DNA of 64,000 bases from Alphaproteobacteria bacterium (GTDB taxonomy: Bacteria; Pseudomonadota; Alphaproteobacteria; SP197): NCBI GenBank assembly GCA_964291265.2, contig OZ219747.1, forward strand, positions 2,880,001 to 2,944,000. Reading direction: 5' to 3'. The translations under genes and the position numbers were made by a program. Numbering within the stretch: position 1 is the stretch's first letter; each line of letters opens with the position of its first letter. A model generated the notes under the pieces. It saw only the letters and a program-made list of their open reading frames with translations, made no database searches and had not been told where the DNA came from. Shown in pieces: positions 1 through 10,410 of the stretch.

Positions 1-543
1 CGCCATTTCCTTCTCACGCGCCTGCCTGGCGTCGGCCTTCTCGATTGCCTCGTTGAGTTCCGCCGCGGTGCACAGACCGGCAAGCACCGGATCCTTCATA
101 TCGATCATGCTCGAATTGCGATGGGTGCCTTCCCTGATTCTCTCGATGGTCTTCCTTGTGGTGCCGATCAGCCTTTCGATCTGCCGGGGCGACAGCTGGG
201 GATAGTGCTTGATGAGATAGGCGATGGCATCGGGCTTGTTGCGGCGCTTCGAGATCGGCGTGTAGCGGGTGCGCGAGGTCTTTCGGGAGGTGTCCTCACC
301 GCGGTCGACGAGCTGCAGGGTGGCGGAGGGGTCGGTCTGGCAGCGATCCAGTTCCTCTTGGGTGAGCTGCCCCGAATGTATGGGGTTCTGGCCGATCAGG
401 TCCTTTTCGATCTCGCCGTCAGCGATGTTCTGGACTTCCAGTTCGTGCATGCCGCAGAACTCGGCGATCTGGCTGAACGTGAGAATCGAGTTGTCGATCA
501 GCCACACGGCCGTTGCCCGAGGCATCAGCAATTCTTGCGACAT
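1..543 (-). CDS. trcR: DUF1013 / TrcR-like cell-cycle transcriptional regulator (3' end runs off the window)
   Basis: Manual translation from ATG at 543 (not in ORF track): MSQELLMPRATAVWLIDNSILTFSQIAEFCGMHELEVQNIADG...RYTPISKRRDKPDAIAYLIKHYPQL...LIGTTRKTI...DPVLAGLC, the alphaproteobacterial DUF1013 signature. Confidence 0.85.
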   Translation of the reverse strand, partial: MSQELLMPRATAVWLIDNSILTFSQIAEFCGMHELEVQNIADGEIEKDLIGQNPIHSGQLTQEELDRCQTDPSATLQLVDRGEDTSRKTSRTRYTPISKRRNKPDAIAYLIKHYPQLSPRQIERLIGTTRKTIERIREGTHRNSSMIDMKDPVLAGLCTAAELNEAIEKADARQAREKEMA

Positions 544-759
544 GGTTCACCTCCGCACCAGCAGTTCGGGAAGACGGCAACGAGACGGCCGACGGTCTCC
601 GGCAACAGGGCCCTGATGGCATGCGCCACTGTGCCGTCTCGTGGAGACCATAGAACAAGGGCGGCGGACGTGACAAGGCATCGGTCGGGAAGGAGCGGCG
701 ATTGTCCGCGTCGGTCCGGGCCCCGGGGGTGGACAGCGGCACCGGAAGGCTGCCCGTCG

Positions 760-1749
760 TCAATCCATGGTCAGCACCACCTTGCCGACATGATCTTCGT
801 CGAGAATGTCCTGGGCGCGTGCAGCCTCGGCGAAGGGGAGGACGGCATGAATGACGGGCTTCACGCGGCCGCTCTCGAGGAGCGGCAGGACCTCGCGTTC
901 GAGCTCAGCGGCGATGGCGCCCTTTTCGTTCACCGATCTGGCGCGCAGCGTCGAACCGGTGATCGTCGCCCGCTTCATCATCATCGGGCCAAAGTCGACA
1001 GTCGCCCTGGATCCGGCGAGGAACGCGATGAAACACAGGCGGCCTTCGGTGGCCAGAAGACGGATGTTCCGGGGAATCGTGTCTCCTCCCGCCATGTCGA
1101 GGATGACGTCGATACCGCGTCCTCCCGTCAGCTCCCTTGCGAGAGTGACAACGTCCTCCTGGCGATAGTTGAACGCCCGTTCAGCGCCGAGCGTTTCGCA
1201 GGCCCGGCATCTCGGATCGCTTCCGGCCGTGGCGAACACCCTGGCGCCCCTCGCTTCGGCCAGCTGGATGGCGGTGGTGCCGATGCCGCTTGCGCCGCCG
1301 TGCACGAGGAATGTCTCGCCACCGGAGAGCCGGCATCTCTGGAAGACGTTGGTCCACACGGTAAAGAATGTCTCCGGCACTCCGGCGGCCTCGGTGTCGT
1401 CGAGGCGGTCGGGAACGGGCAGGGCCTGGGGAACAGGAACCACGCAGTACTCGGCATAGCCGCCTCCCGACACCAGGGCCATGACCCGCTGACCCTGCAC
1501 GAGATCCGCGCTCGACGGCCCGTTGGCGATCACTTCTCCGGCGATCTCGAGGCCCGGAACATCGCTCGCCCCGGGCGGCGGCGGATAGGTGCCGGCGCGT
1601 TGCAGGATGTCCGGCCGGTTGACCCCTGCCGCATGAACCCTGACCAGCACCTCGCCGACGTCGGGCTGCGGGACGGCGCGGCGTACCATGCGCACCACAC
1701 CGGAATCGCCGTGGCCGTCGTACACGACCGCATTCATGGTGTCAGGCAT
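760..1749 (-). CDS. NAD(P)H-quinone oxidoreductase, PIG3/zeta-crystallin family
   Basis: AAGVNRPD..QRAG.YPPPPGASDVPGLE, VHGGASGIGT nucleotide-binding motif, ITGSTLRAR. Confidence 0.9.
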   Translation of the reverse strand: MPDTMNAVVYDGHGDSGVVRMVRRAVPQPDVGEVLVRVHAAGVNRPDILQRAGTYPPPPGASDVPGLEIAGEVIANGPSSADLVQGQRVMALVSGGGYAEYCVVPVPQALPVPDRLDDTEAAGVPETFFTVWTNVFQRCRLSGGETFLVHGGASGIGTTAIQLAEARGARVFATAGSDPRCRACETLGAERAFNYRQEDVVTLARELTGGRGIDVILDMAGGDTIPRNIRLLATEGRLCFIAFLAGSRATVDFGPMMMKRATITGSTLRARSVNEKGAIAAELEREVLPLLESGRVKPVIHAVLPFAEAARAQDILDEDHVGKVVLTMD

Positions 1750-1993
1750 CGTGACTCTCCTGTCTTGCGCTCGCCACGTGCGTCCGGAGACACCGCCGCT
1801 CCGGGAGACGACAGTAGGCGCTTCGGAACCTTGCCTTCATCCCGTCTCTCCGTGCCGGCCGACCTGTGACACGGGCAGATCCTGGACCCGGGAATCCAAC
1901 GTGCCGGCTTCGTCGTGACGAGACGTGTGCACACTCTTTGGCGATGGATGTGCTATGGTCGTTGTCTCGGGCTGGGAGATTGCCGGAAACATC

Positions 1994-2743
1994 ATGGCCG
2001 GACATTCCAAGTGGAAGAACATCATGTACCGCAAGGGCGCGCAGGATGCCAAGCGTGCCCGTCAGTTCACCAAGGTGGGGCGCGAGATTGCTGTCGCTGC
2101 CCGGTCCGGTCTTCCCGATCCCGATCACAATCCGCGTCTGCGCGCGGCCATTCAGGCAGCCCGGGCCGTCAACATGACCAGGGAGGCCATAGACAGGGCC
2201 ATCCGGCGCAGCACCGGTGGCGATGGCGCGGCCGATTACGTCGAAATGCGCTACGAGGGCTATGGTCCGGGCGGTGTGGCGATCATCGTCGAGGCGCTGA
2301 CCGACAATCGCAACAGGACCGCTGCCGAGATTCGCGCCGCCTTTTCGAAGAATGGCGGCAGTCTTGGAGAGACAGGCAGCGTCTCGTTCATGTTCGAGCG
2401 CCAAGGCCAGATCGTCCTGGCGCCACAGGCTGGCGACGAGGACGAGGTCTTCGAGGCGGCGCTCGAGGCGGGGGCCGGGGATGTGATGTCCGATGATGAC
2501 GGCCACACCATCCTGTGCGCGCCGGAGGATTTCGGCGCCGCCAGCGAAGCCCTGGCAGGGCGATTCGGCAATCCCCGGGAAGCCGGTCTCATCTGGCGGG
2601 CCTCGGTCGTGACGGAGGTGTCGGAAGACAAGGCATCAACCCTGCTGCGGCTGATCGGGGATCTCGAGGACAATGACGATGTCCAGTCCGTGGCGGCCAA
2701 TTTCGAGATTGCCGATGACGTGATGGAACGTCTGGTTGCCTGA
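1994..2743 (+). CDS. yebC: YebC/PmpR family DNA-binding regulator
   Basis: [10 protein letters not shown] start, [21 protein letters not shown]; directly upstream of ruvC. Confidence 0.95.
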   Translation: MAGHSKWKNIMYRKGAQDAKRARQFTKVGREIAVAARSGLPDPDHNPRLRAAIQAARAVNMTREAIDRAIRRSTGGDGAADYVEMRYEGYGPGGVAIIVEALTDNRNRTAAEIRAAFSKNGGSLGETGSVSFMFERQGQIVLAPQAGDEDEVFEAALEAGAGDVMSDDDGHTILCAPEDFGAASEALAGRFGNPREAGLIWRASVVTEVSEDKASTLLRLIGDLEDNDDVQSVAANFEIADDVMERLVA

Positions 2744-2751
2744 GGTTCGGG

Positions 2752-3252
2752 ATGCGAATTCTGGGACTGGATCCTGGCCTCCTGAACACTGGTTGGGGAG
2801 TGATCTCGATAGAGGGCTCCGAGCTTCACCACGTCACGCACGGTGTCATCTCGCCCCGCTCGTCTCTCACCATGGCCGAGCGGCTGACGGTGATCCATCG
2901 GGGTGTCGGTGATGTGCTGGCGGATCAGGTTCCCGACCAGGTTGCCATCGAGGAAACCTTCGTCAGCGTGAACGCGGACAGCACCCTCAAGCTCGGACTG
3001 GCCCGCGGTGCGGCCCTCGTGGCGGCGGCTGCCACCGGCCTCGATGTCAGCGAGTACGCCACGCGACTGGTGAAGAAGACCGTGGTCGGAACGGGAAAGG
3101 CGGAAAAACATCAGGTTGCCGCCATGATCGGCATCCTGCTCCCGGGCGCGAAGGGTGTGGGCAACGATGCCGCCGACGCGCTGGCAGTCGCCGTCTGTCA
3201 TGCCTATCACGCGCGAACCCTCGAACGCATCACGGCCGGATTGCGCGCATGA
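2752..3252 (+). CDS. ruvC: Holliday junction resolvase RuvC
   Basis: MRILGLDPGL..TGWG, AIEETF, LKLGLARG, DAADALAVA. Confidence 0.95.
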   Translation: MRILGLDPGLLNTGWGVISIEGSELHHVTHGVISPRSSLTMAERLTVIHRGVGDVLADQVPDQVAIEETFVSVNADSTLKLGLARGAALVAAAATGLDVSEYATRLVKKTVVGTGKAEKHQVAAMIGILLPGAKGVGNDAADALAVAVCHAYHARTLERITAGLRA

Positions 3253-3839
3253 TCGGACGTCTGATCGGCCGTCTGGACGTGGTGGACGAGGATCGGGTGA
3301 TCCTCGATGTTCAGGGTGTGGGCTACCGCCTTGCCTGTTCGGCGCGCACCGTCAGTGCGCTGGCGCAGCAGGAGGGAGACGTCCGCCTCCTCGTGGAAAC
3401 GATCATCCGCGACGACCGGATTGTTCTCTACGGGTTTGCCGACGCTGCGGAACAGGCAACCTTCACGATGTTGACCGCCGTCCAGGGAGTAGGCCCTCGT
3501 GGCGCCCTTGCCATCCTCTCGGTGCTGGGTCCGGATGACCTGGTTGAGGCCGTGAGAGCGCACGACCGACGTTCCATCGCCCGCGCCAGCGGTGTCGGTC
3601 AGAAACTGGCTGCGCGAGTCGTCACCGAGCTTGCCGACAGGCTGGAAGGCATGACACTGCCATCCGGAACCGTTGCGGACACGACCGCCGCCGGCCTCGA
3701 GTCGGACGCGATTGCCGCCCTTGTCAATCTGGGATACACGCGGTCGGAGGCTTGGCGTGCGGTGACCTCCGTACGCCAGGCCGCAGACGCAGGTCTTGAC
3801 TCGCTCATCCGGGCGAGTCTGAAGGAACTGGCGCGATGA
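3249..3839 (+). CDS. ruvA: Holliday junction branch migration protein RuvA
   Basis: [40 protein letters not shown]; ATGA overlap with ruvC. Confidence 0.95.
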   Translation: MIGRLIGRLDVVDEDRVILDVQGVGYRLACSARTVSALAQQEGDVRLLVETIIRDDRIVLYGFADAAEQATFTMLTAVQGVGPRGALAILSVLGPDDLVEAVRAHDRRSIARASGVGQKLAARVVTELADRLEGMTLPSGTVADTTAAGLESDAIAALVNLGYTRSEAWRAVTSVRQAADAGLDSLIRASLKELAR

Positions 3840-4876
3840 CGGACGAAAACGGACGTCTGGTGGAGGCGACCGGGGCGGACGGCGAACAGGCGCCGTCGTT
3901 GCGGCCGCGCCGGTTTGCGGAGTTCATTGGCCAGAAGACCGTTACCGACAGCCTCATGACCGGGATTCGCGCTGCCCGTGGTCGCCGTGACGTGCTCGAT
4001 CACGTGCTGCTGCATGGTCCGCCCGGCCTCGGCAAGACAACCCTGGCACGGATCATTGCCAATGAGCTCGGCGTCAGGTTTCACCAGACGTCGGGCCCTG
4101 TCATCATGCGCGCTGGCGACCTTGCGGCGCAGCTCACCAACCTCGACGAAGGCGACGTGCTGTTCATCGACGAGATCCACCGCCTCAATCCTGCCGTGGA
4201 AGAGGTGTTGTATCCGGCCATGGAAGACTTTCAGCTGGATCTCATCATCGGCGAGGGGCCGGCGGCGCGTTCGGTCCGCATCGACCTGCAGCGCTTTACC
4301 CTGGTCGGAGCGACGACGCGCGCCGGCCTCATCACCAAGCCGCTCTATGACCGGTTCCTGATTCCGCAGCGCCTCGACTTCTACGAGGCCGATGACCTTG
4401 CCGTGATGCTCCTGCGTCTGGCGCGGGTCATGAACATCGCCCTGGCTGCCGAGGGTGCCCGGGAGATGGCAGCCAGGGCGCGCGGAACCCCGAGGGTCGC
4501 CGGGAGACTGCTGCGCCGGGTCCGCGACGAGGCCTTCGAAAGGGTGGATGTCATCGACGCGGCCTTCGCCCGCCAGGCCCTTGAAACACTCGGCGTCGAC
4601 GGCAAGGGCATGGATGCCATGGACAGGAGGTATCTCGCCTGCATCGCCGGCAACTATGGTGGTGGTCCGGTCGGTGTCGAGACCCTCGCAGCGGCGCTGT
4701 CCGAGCACAGGAACGCCATCGAGGACGTCATCGAACCGTTCATGATGCAACAGGGGTTCATCAGGCGTACGCCCAGCGGCCGTGTCCTTGCCGCTGCCGG
4801 GTGGCGTCACCTTGGACTTCCGGTTCCCGCCGACGATGCCCCGGACCTCTTCGCAGACGTACCGGCGCATGACTGA
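3836..4876 (+). CDS. ruvB: Holliday junction branch migration helicase RuvB
   Basis: SLRP, Walker [10 protein letters not shown], Walker [22 protein letters not shown]. Confidence 0.97.
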   Translation: MTDENGRLVEATGADGEQAPSLRPRRFAEFIGQKTVTDSLMTGIRAARGRRDVLDHVLLHGPPGLGKTTLARIIANELGVRFHQTSGPVIMRAGDLAAQLTNLDEGDVLFIDEIHRLNPAVEEVLYPAMEDFQLDLIIGEGPAARSVRIDLQRFTLVGATTRAGLITKPLYDRFLIPQRLDFYEADDLAVMLLRLARVMNIALAAEGAREMAARARGTPRVAGRLLRRVRDEAFERVDVIDAAFARQALETLGVDGKGMDAMDRRYLACIAGNYGGGPVGVETLAAALSEHRNAIEDVIEPFMMQQGFIRRTPSGRVLAAAGWRHLGLPVPADDAPDLFADVPAHD

Positions 4877-5288
4877 ACCGGCCGGCAGAATCAGGACAAG
4901 GATCTATCACGAGGATACCGATGCCGGCGGCATCGTCTACCATACCGCCTACCTGCGGTTCGCCGAACGGGGCCGCACGGAACTGTTGCGCTCTCTGGGA
5001 CACGACCACCGGAGTCTGCGCCTGCGGGAAGGAGGCGGTTTCGTTGTGCGTTCCATGGCAATCGACTATGCGGCGGCGGCAAGGCTTGATGACGAGGTCG
5101 AGATCGAGACCGAGATCGTCGACGTGAAGGGCGCCAGCCTCGTCATGCGACAGAAGGTCGTGCATGAAGGCCGGTCACTTGTCTCGATGGATGTGCGCCT
5201 CGCCTTTCTCGGCACCGGGGGCAGGGCGATGCGCCTTCCCGCGGCGGTCCGCAAGACACTTCACCGATATCCTGGCGAGGGAAACTGA
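4869..5288 (+). CDS. ybgC: Tol-Pal-associated acyl-CoA thioesterase
   Basis: [26 protein letters not shown] motif; between ruvB and tolQ. Confidence 0.9.
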   Translation: MTEPAGRIRTRIYHEDTDAGGIVYHTAYLRFAERGRTELLRSLGHDHRSLRLREGGGFVVRSMAIDYAAAARLDDEVEIETEIVDVKGASLVMRQKVVHEGRSLVSMDVRLAFLGTGGRAMRLPAAVRKTLHRYPGEGN

Positions 5289-5291
5289 ACT

Positions 5292-6014
5292 GTGGAAGCG
5301 ACTGTACTCGCGGACGTGTCGGCCCATGGCGGCATGTCCGTCTGGAGTCTGTTCTGGCGTGCCGATGCCGTGGTCAAGCTCGTCATGCTGTTGCTGCTGG
5401 CGGCCTCGGTCTGGTGCTGGGCGATCATCTTCGACAAGATCAGGAGGTTGCGCCAGCTTGGCGCGCGGGCGGCAGTGTTCGAGCAGGCCTTCTGGTCGGG
5501 CGGCTCGCTGGACGAACTCTACAGGGAAGTCGACGGTTCTCCGTCGCATCCGATGACCACCGTGTTCAAGGCGGCGATGGACGAGTTGCGGCGTGCCATG
5601 GGCCACCAGGAGATGATCGCCGACAGCCGGCTGCGTGCCGACCTCAAGCAGAGGATCGGCCAGGCGATGCAGATCGGCATCGACCGCGAGATGGATCGCC
5701 TCGAACGCTACATGGGCCTGCTGGCCACCGTGGGCTCCACGGCGCCCTTTGTCGGCCTGTTCGGCACGGTCTGGGGTATCATGAATGCCTTCACGGCCAT
5801 CGCCGTGGAGCACAGTACGTCACTGGTCGTCGTCGCTCCGGGCATTGCCGAGGCGCTTTTTGCCACCGCACTCGGCCTGCTGGCGGCGATTCCCGCCGTG
5901 GTGGCCTACAACAAGCTCTCGGGTGACCTCGATCGCTATGCCAGCCGGCTCGAGAACTTTGCCACGGAATTCCACGCGCTGCTGTCGCGGCAGCTTGACG
6001 AGCACGGCGGCTGA
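5292..6014 (+). CDS. tolQ: TolQ
   Basis: LATVGSTAPFVGLFGTVWGIM, VVAPGIAEALFATALGL. Confidence 0.95.
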   Translation: MEATVLADVSAHGGMSVWSLFWRADAVVKLVMLLLLAASVWCWAIIFDKIRRLRQLGARAAVFEQAFWSGGSLDELYREVDGSPSHPMTTVFKAAMDELRRAMGHQEMIADSRLRADLKQRIGQAMQIGIDREMDRLERYMGLLATVGSTAPFVGLFGTVWGIMNAFTAIAVEHSTSLVVVAPGIAEALFATALGLLAAIPAVVAYNKLSGDLDRYASRLENFATEFHALLSRQLDEHGG

Positions 6015-6463
6015 TGACGGTCCAGTTCACCACGACCGGCGCCAGGCGCAGCGCCCGGGCCGGGCGCCGGCGTCCCCCGATCAGCGAGATCAACGTCACG
6101 CCTCTGGTCGACGTCATGCTCGTTCTGCTCGTGGTGTTCATGATCACCGCACCCTTGCTCACTGCCGGTGTCGAGGTTGATCTGCCGGAGGCGGCCGTCA
6201 GCGATCTGGCCGGCATGGATGAACCGGTCGAAGTCACGATCACCGCCTCGGGCGAGATCTGGCTGGGTGAAACACGCGTGGAACTGGATCAGCTCGGGCC
6301 GCGCCTTGCCGCCATCTCGGACAACAATCCGGACGTGAGAGTCTTCATCAGGGGAGACCGGATGGTCGCCTATGAGGAAGTCATGGCCGTCATGGGTGCG
6401 CTGTCCGAGGCCGGTTTCCGGCGCTTGGCGTTGGAGGCACGACGCCTTGACGGAGATTCCTGA
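6014..6463 (+). CDS. tolR: TolR
   Basis: EINVTPLVDVMLVLLVVFMITAP, VDLP, IRGD. Confidence 0.93.
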   Translation: MTVQFTTTGARRSARAGRRRPPISEINVTPLVDVMLVLLVVFMITAPLLTAGVEVDLPEAAVSDLAGMDEPVEVTITASGEIWLGETRVELDQLGPRLAAISDNNPDVRVFIRGDRMVAYEEVMAVMGALSEAGFRRLALEARRLDGDS

Positions 6464-6466
6464 GGC

Positions 6467-7294
6467 GTGTCTCCAACAGGCTGGACCGGATCGATCATCT
6501 TTCACGTGCTCGTCATCACGTTGATGCTGACAGGGCTTCCCGAACTGTGGCGGGCAAGGCCACCCGTTGCCGACACGGTCACCGTGGATGTCATCACGGT
6601 TGCGGAGGAAAGCGTGGCTCCGCCGGAGAGCTTGGAGCCGGAACCCGAGCCCGAGCCGGAACCGGAAGCCGGGCCCGAACCGGAGGCGACTCCCCCGACG
6701 GCGGCACCGGCACTACCCGCCGCACCCGCGGAACCCTTGCCCGTCGAGGATTCCGCGGAGGAGCCGGTCGAGCCGGTCGAGGCGAGCCGTGCCGTTCCGG
6801 TCCCACTTCCCGCCGCCAAGCCCGAGGCCCCGTCCCGTCCCGAGGAGGAAGTGTCCTTTGCCAGTGTCAGGGAGAGCCTGCTGGTCGACCGCAGGGAACC
6901 GGTGCCCGAGGAGCAGACCACGACCTTTGCCGATATCGCATCGGCCCTTGACGGCGCACCCGACGTACCGGTCTCGGACATCGAACTTGCCTCCCTGCGC
7001 CGCAGCATCGCCAACCAGGTGACACGGAGGTGGATCATTCAGAGTGGCGCCATCGATGCCCGGAACCTCATCGTCACCATCGAGGTGGTGCTCGCCACCG
7101 ACGCCAGGGTGCTGCGGGCCCGGATTGTCGATGTCGAAGGCGGAGAGAGCGAACACACGCGCAGGGTAGCGGCCGAATCGGCTCTTCGGGCGGTTCTCTT
7201 CTTTCGCGATCATCCCTTCGAATACCTGGACAGACAACGCTACGACATCTGGAAGGAGCTGGTCGTCCGTTTCGACCCCAGCACCCAGTTCTGA
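6467..7294 (+). CDS. tolA: TolA-like cell envelope integrity protein
   Basis: N-terminal TM helix with SIIFH, Pro/Glu-rich linker (EPEPEPEP), C-terminal AESALRAV...Y..WK...RFDP; position between tolR and tolB. Confidence 0.8.
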   Translation: MSPTGWTGSIIFHVLVITLMLTGLPELWRARPPVADTVTVDVITVAEESVAPPESLEPEPEPEPEPEAGPEPEATPPTAAPALPAAPAEPLPVEDSAEEPVEPVEASRAVPVPLPAAKPEAPSRPEEEVSFASVRESLLVDRREPVPEEQTTTFADIASALDGAPDVPVSDIELASLRRSIANQVTRRWIIQSGAIDARNLIVTIEVVLATDARVLRARIVDVEGGESEHTRRVAAESALRAVLFFRDHPFEYLDRQRYDIWKELVVRFDPSTQF

Positions 7295-7497
7295 CAGCGC
7301 GTTGTCGCGGCCACCCATCAGAACGGCCGTGCGCCGCCGGTTTGCCACATGGAGCGTCGACGATGTGGCTGCCCGACGGACGGTTGGGTGACGGCAGCAT
7401 TCGGCGCTTGATTCGCGCTCTCGGTTGCCGGTATCAACGGAGACACGCCAAGACCGGGTTGCTGGCCGTCTGTTCGGGAGACAGGACGACAAGATCG

Positions 7498-8844
7498 ATG
7501 ATTGCACGAGTCGCCGGGTTTGTTCTGGTCGGGATCGTCTGTGCAGCCCTGTTCACGGACAGGGCCGATGCGCAGCTTGATGTCGGTGTCACCGAAGGGC
7601 GGGCCGACCCGGTTCCCATCGCTGTCACCGACTTCAATGGCGTCGGTGCCCTGGCGGACCTGGGAGCGGACATCGCTTCGGTCGTGAAGGCGGATCTCGA
7701 GTTCTCCGGCCTCTTCCGGACCATTCCGCCAGGAGCCTTTCTCCAGGATCCCGCTTCGCTTGCAGAGGATGCGCAGCCGAGGTTCGACCTGTGGCGCAGG
7801 AGCGGAGCACAGGCACTTGTCACGGGCTGGGTGTCGACCGAGACTGACGGTCGGGTGCGGGTGAGTTTCCGGCTGTTCGATACCCTTTCCGAAGAAGGGC
7901 TGGTGGGTTTTGTCTTCCGTGGCGGGGAGGGAATCTGGCGGCGCATCGCCCACAAGATCTCCGATGCCGTCTACCACCGCCTGACCGGCGAAGGCGGCTA
8001 CTTCGACACGCGCATTGCCTATGTCCACGAGGAAGGCCCGCAGACGGCGCTCACCAAGCGCATTGCCATCATGGACTACGACGGAGAGAACCACAGGTTC
8101 CTGACGTCTGGTGATCAAACGGTGCTGACGCCGCGCTTTTCGCCGACGATCCAGAAGATTGTCTACTTCTCCTATTTCAACGAGACCACACCACGCGTCA
8201 ATCTCCTTGATCTGGCGACCGGCCGCCGCGACGTGCTGGGCGACTTCCCGGGCATGAGCTTCGCACCGCGGTTTTCGCCTGACGGAACCAGCGTGATCAT
8301 GTCGCTTGCCATCAACGGCAACACGGACATCTACGTGATGAATCTCGAAACCCGAACCATCGAACAGTTGACGGACGGCGCCTTCATCGAGACGTCACCG
8401 TCCTACTCGCCCGACGGTTCCCGGATCGCCTTCACGTCGGACCTTACGGGCCAGACTCACATCTACGTCATGAATGCCGACGGCGGTAATCAGCATCGAA
8501 TCAGCTTCGATCTCGACAACCGGGCTTCCTACTCGACGCCTGTATGGTCGCCGCGCGGTGATCTCATTGCCTTCACGAAGCACATCCCGAACAACGACTG
8601 GGCCATCGGCGTGATGACTCCCGAACCGGGTGAAGGCGAAAGACTGCTGGCGTTCGGTGATCTCGTTGAGGGACCGACCTGGTCCCCGAACGGACGCGTC
8701 ATCATGTTTGCCCACGAGACCTATGGTATCGGCGAGGGCACCGAGAGGGTCATCAAAAGCATCGATCTCACCGGTTACGTGGAGCGCACGATCCGTACAC
8801 AGGGCGCTGCCAGCGATCCGGCATGGTCTCCCCTGATTCCGTGA
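7498..8844 (+). CDS. tolB: Tol-Pal beta-propeller protein TolB
   Basis: Signal peptide, PIAV, WRRIAHKISDAVY.RLTGEGGYFDTRIAYV, repeated P.FSPDG/P.WSP blades, DPAWSP end. Confidence 0.95.
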   Translation: MIARVAGFVLVGIVCAALFTDRADAQLDVGVTEGRADPVPIAVTDFNGVGALADLGADIASVVKADLEFSGLFRTIPPGAFLQDPASLAEDAQPRFDLWRRSGAQALVTGWVSTETDGRVRVSFRLFDTLSEEGLVGFVFRGGEGIWRRIAHKISDAVYHRLTGEGGYFDTRIAYVHEEGPQTALTKRIAIMDYDGENHRFLTSGDQTVLTPRFSPTIQKIVYFSYFNETTPRVNLLDLATGRRDVLGDFPGMSFAPRFSPDGTSVIMSLAINGNTDIYVMNLETRTIEQLTDGAFIETSPSYSPDGSRIAFTSDLTGQTHIYVMNADGGNQHRISFDLDNRASYSTPVWSPRGDLIAFTKHIPNNDWAIGVMTPEPGEGERLLAFGDLVEGPTWSPNGRVIMFAHETYGIGEGTERVIKSIDLTGYVERTIRTQGAASDPAWSPLIP

Positions 8845-8983
8845 CTTCCGGTCGTCCGTGGGAGAGCGTGGCACTTGTGAACAGCAATGCCGACGTTGAG
8901 GTTGACAGCTGACGGGGTTTGCGGTCATTAGTGGCTCGGTTCTCGGGGTGTATCGGCGATCTATACGGAAAGGGGAGCTTCCC

Positions 8984-9484
8984 ATGCGTTTCAAACTGAT
9001 TGCGGCCTTGGCGACGGGCCTTCTGGTGGCTGCGTGCGAGTCCACTCCGGAGGTCGCGGAAGAAGACGAGGGCGCAGGTGCTGTCGAAGTGACCGAAGAG
9101 GCGGTGGTCGAGGTCGTTCCCATCGATCCGAGATCCGAGCGCTACATCGAGGAAGTCCTCGGCAAGCGTGTTTTCTTTGCCCTCGACAGTTCGGTGCTCA
9201 ATGCGCGCTCCCAGGCGACCATTCGCCGCTGGGCCGACTGGTTGAATGAGTTCAGCGATGTCAACGTGATTGTTGAAGGCCATTGCGACGAGCGTGGCAC
9301 CCGCGAGTACAACCTGGCGCTCGGCGACAGGCGTGCCAATGCAGTCAAGGACCATCTCGTTGTCCTGGGAATCGATCCCAATCGCATCACGACCATCAGC
9401 TACGGCAAGGAACGCCCCCTCGTGCTCGGCCATACAGAGGCTGCGTGGGGACAGAATCGCCGGGGTGACCTGACCCTCAGCTGA
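8984..9484 (+). CDS. pal: Peptidoglycan-associated lipoprotein Pal
   Basis: Lipobox LVAAC; EGHCDERGTREYNLALGDRRA, ISYGKERP, NRR. Confidence 0.95.
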   Translation: MRFKLIAALATGLLVAACESTPEVAEEDEGAGAVEVTEEAVVEVVPIDPRSERYIEEVLGKRVFFALDSSVLNARSQATIRRWADWLNEFSDVNVIVEGHCDERGTREYNLALGDRRANAVKDHLVVLGIDPNRITTISYGKERPLVLGHTEAAWGQNRRGDLTLS

Positions 9485-9606
9485 TCCCGCTCGGGAGAGC
9501 CGGACGCGAATGTTCGACCTCTTGATTCCGGACAGGAGTTGCGAGGCACCGGAACGTGCTTGTCGGTCGTCATGTTCGCTGGCGTTCCTGGAGAGGGATG
9601 GTGGCC

Positions 9607-10410
9607 ATGAGAAGACTCCTCCTGGCAGTTCTTGTCATTGCCTGGACTGGCCCGGCTGATGCTCAGGACGGGGCGGCCGAGCTGGCGCAGGCCCTGGAGA
9701 GCCTGCGTCGGGACATGGCTGACCTCCAGGCGTTCATCTACAATGCAGGCTCCCTCGGTGACGGCAGCCTCGCCGGCGCCTCCTTCGATGGCAGCAAGCT
9801 GCATGCAGACATGCAGCAGATTCAGGAATCCCTGCGGCAGCTTGCGGGGCGAATCGACGGTCTGGAGTTTGCCCAGCGCCAGATTCGCGAACAGCTTGCC
9901 GCACTCGAGGCCGACGTTGCGGCTCGGACCGCGACCGGGTCCCTCGCCTCGGAGGTGGAAGACGGAGAGCAGGCTGAACTGCCGCAGAACGGGAAGGTTG
10001 CCGAGGAGGGCGTGCTGCCGCCGGGAACGGAAGTGGAGAAGTACGATCACGCCTTCTCGCTTCTCCGCAAGGCCGATTACGAGGCGGCCGAGAAGGCCTT
10101 TTCGGCTTTCATTGCCGAGCATCCGGAAAGCGAACTGGTCGGAAACGCGTGGCACTGGATCGGTTCCATGCATTTCGTGCGTGATCGGTTTCACGAAGCG
10201 GCCGTGGCCTTTCTCAAGAGCTATCAGCACGCACCGCAGGGGCCGAAGGCTGCCGGCAGTTTGCTGAAACTCGGCACGTCTTTGGCACATCTCGGCAAGG
10301 GCGGGGAAGCCTGTGCGACATTCCGCGAATTCATGGAGCGGTTTCCCGATGCGGGTGAGACGCTGCTCGGCCAGGCGCGCGAGGAGGCCGCCGCTGCCGG
10401 ATGCAGCTGA
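9607..10410 (+). CDS. cpoB: Tol-Pal system protein CpoB/YbgF
   Basis: Signal peptide, coiled coil, TPRs (YDHAFSLL, NAWHWIG, SLLKLGTSL..LG..EAC); follows pal. Confidence 0.85.
   Translation: MRRLLLAVLVIAWTGPADAQDGAAELAQALESLRRDMADLQAFIYNAGSLGDGSLAGASFDGSKLHADMQQIQESLRQLAGRIDGLEFAQRQIREQLAALEADVAARTATGSLASEVEDGEQAELPQNGKVAEEGVLPPGTEVEKYDHAFSLLRKADYEAAEKAFSAFIAEHPESELVGNAWHWIGSMHFVRDRFHEAAVAFLKSYQHAPQGPKAAGSLLKLGTSLAHLGKGGEACATFREFMERFPDAGETLLGQAREEAAAAGCS

Noticed and set aside
121-1869. 582-aa plus-strand ORF, and many other long antisense ORFs (e.g. 11784-13634, 54089-56101)
   Set aside because: Shadow frames opposite well-supported genes, expected in high-GC DNA; no recognisable motifs
6630-6690. 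Short tandem GAGCCG/GAACCG repeats
   Set aside because: They encode the EPEPEP linker of TolA; not a CRISPR array or independent repeat
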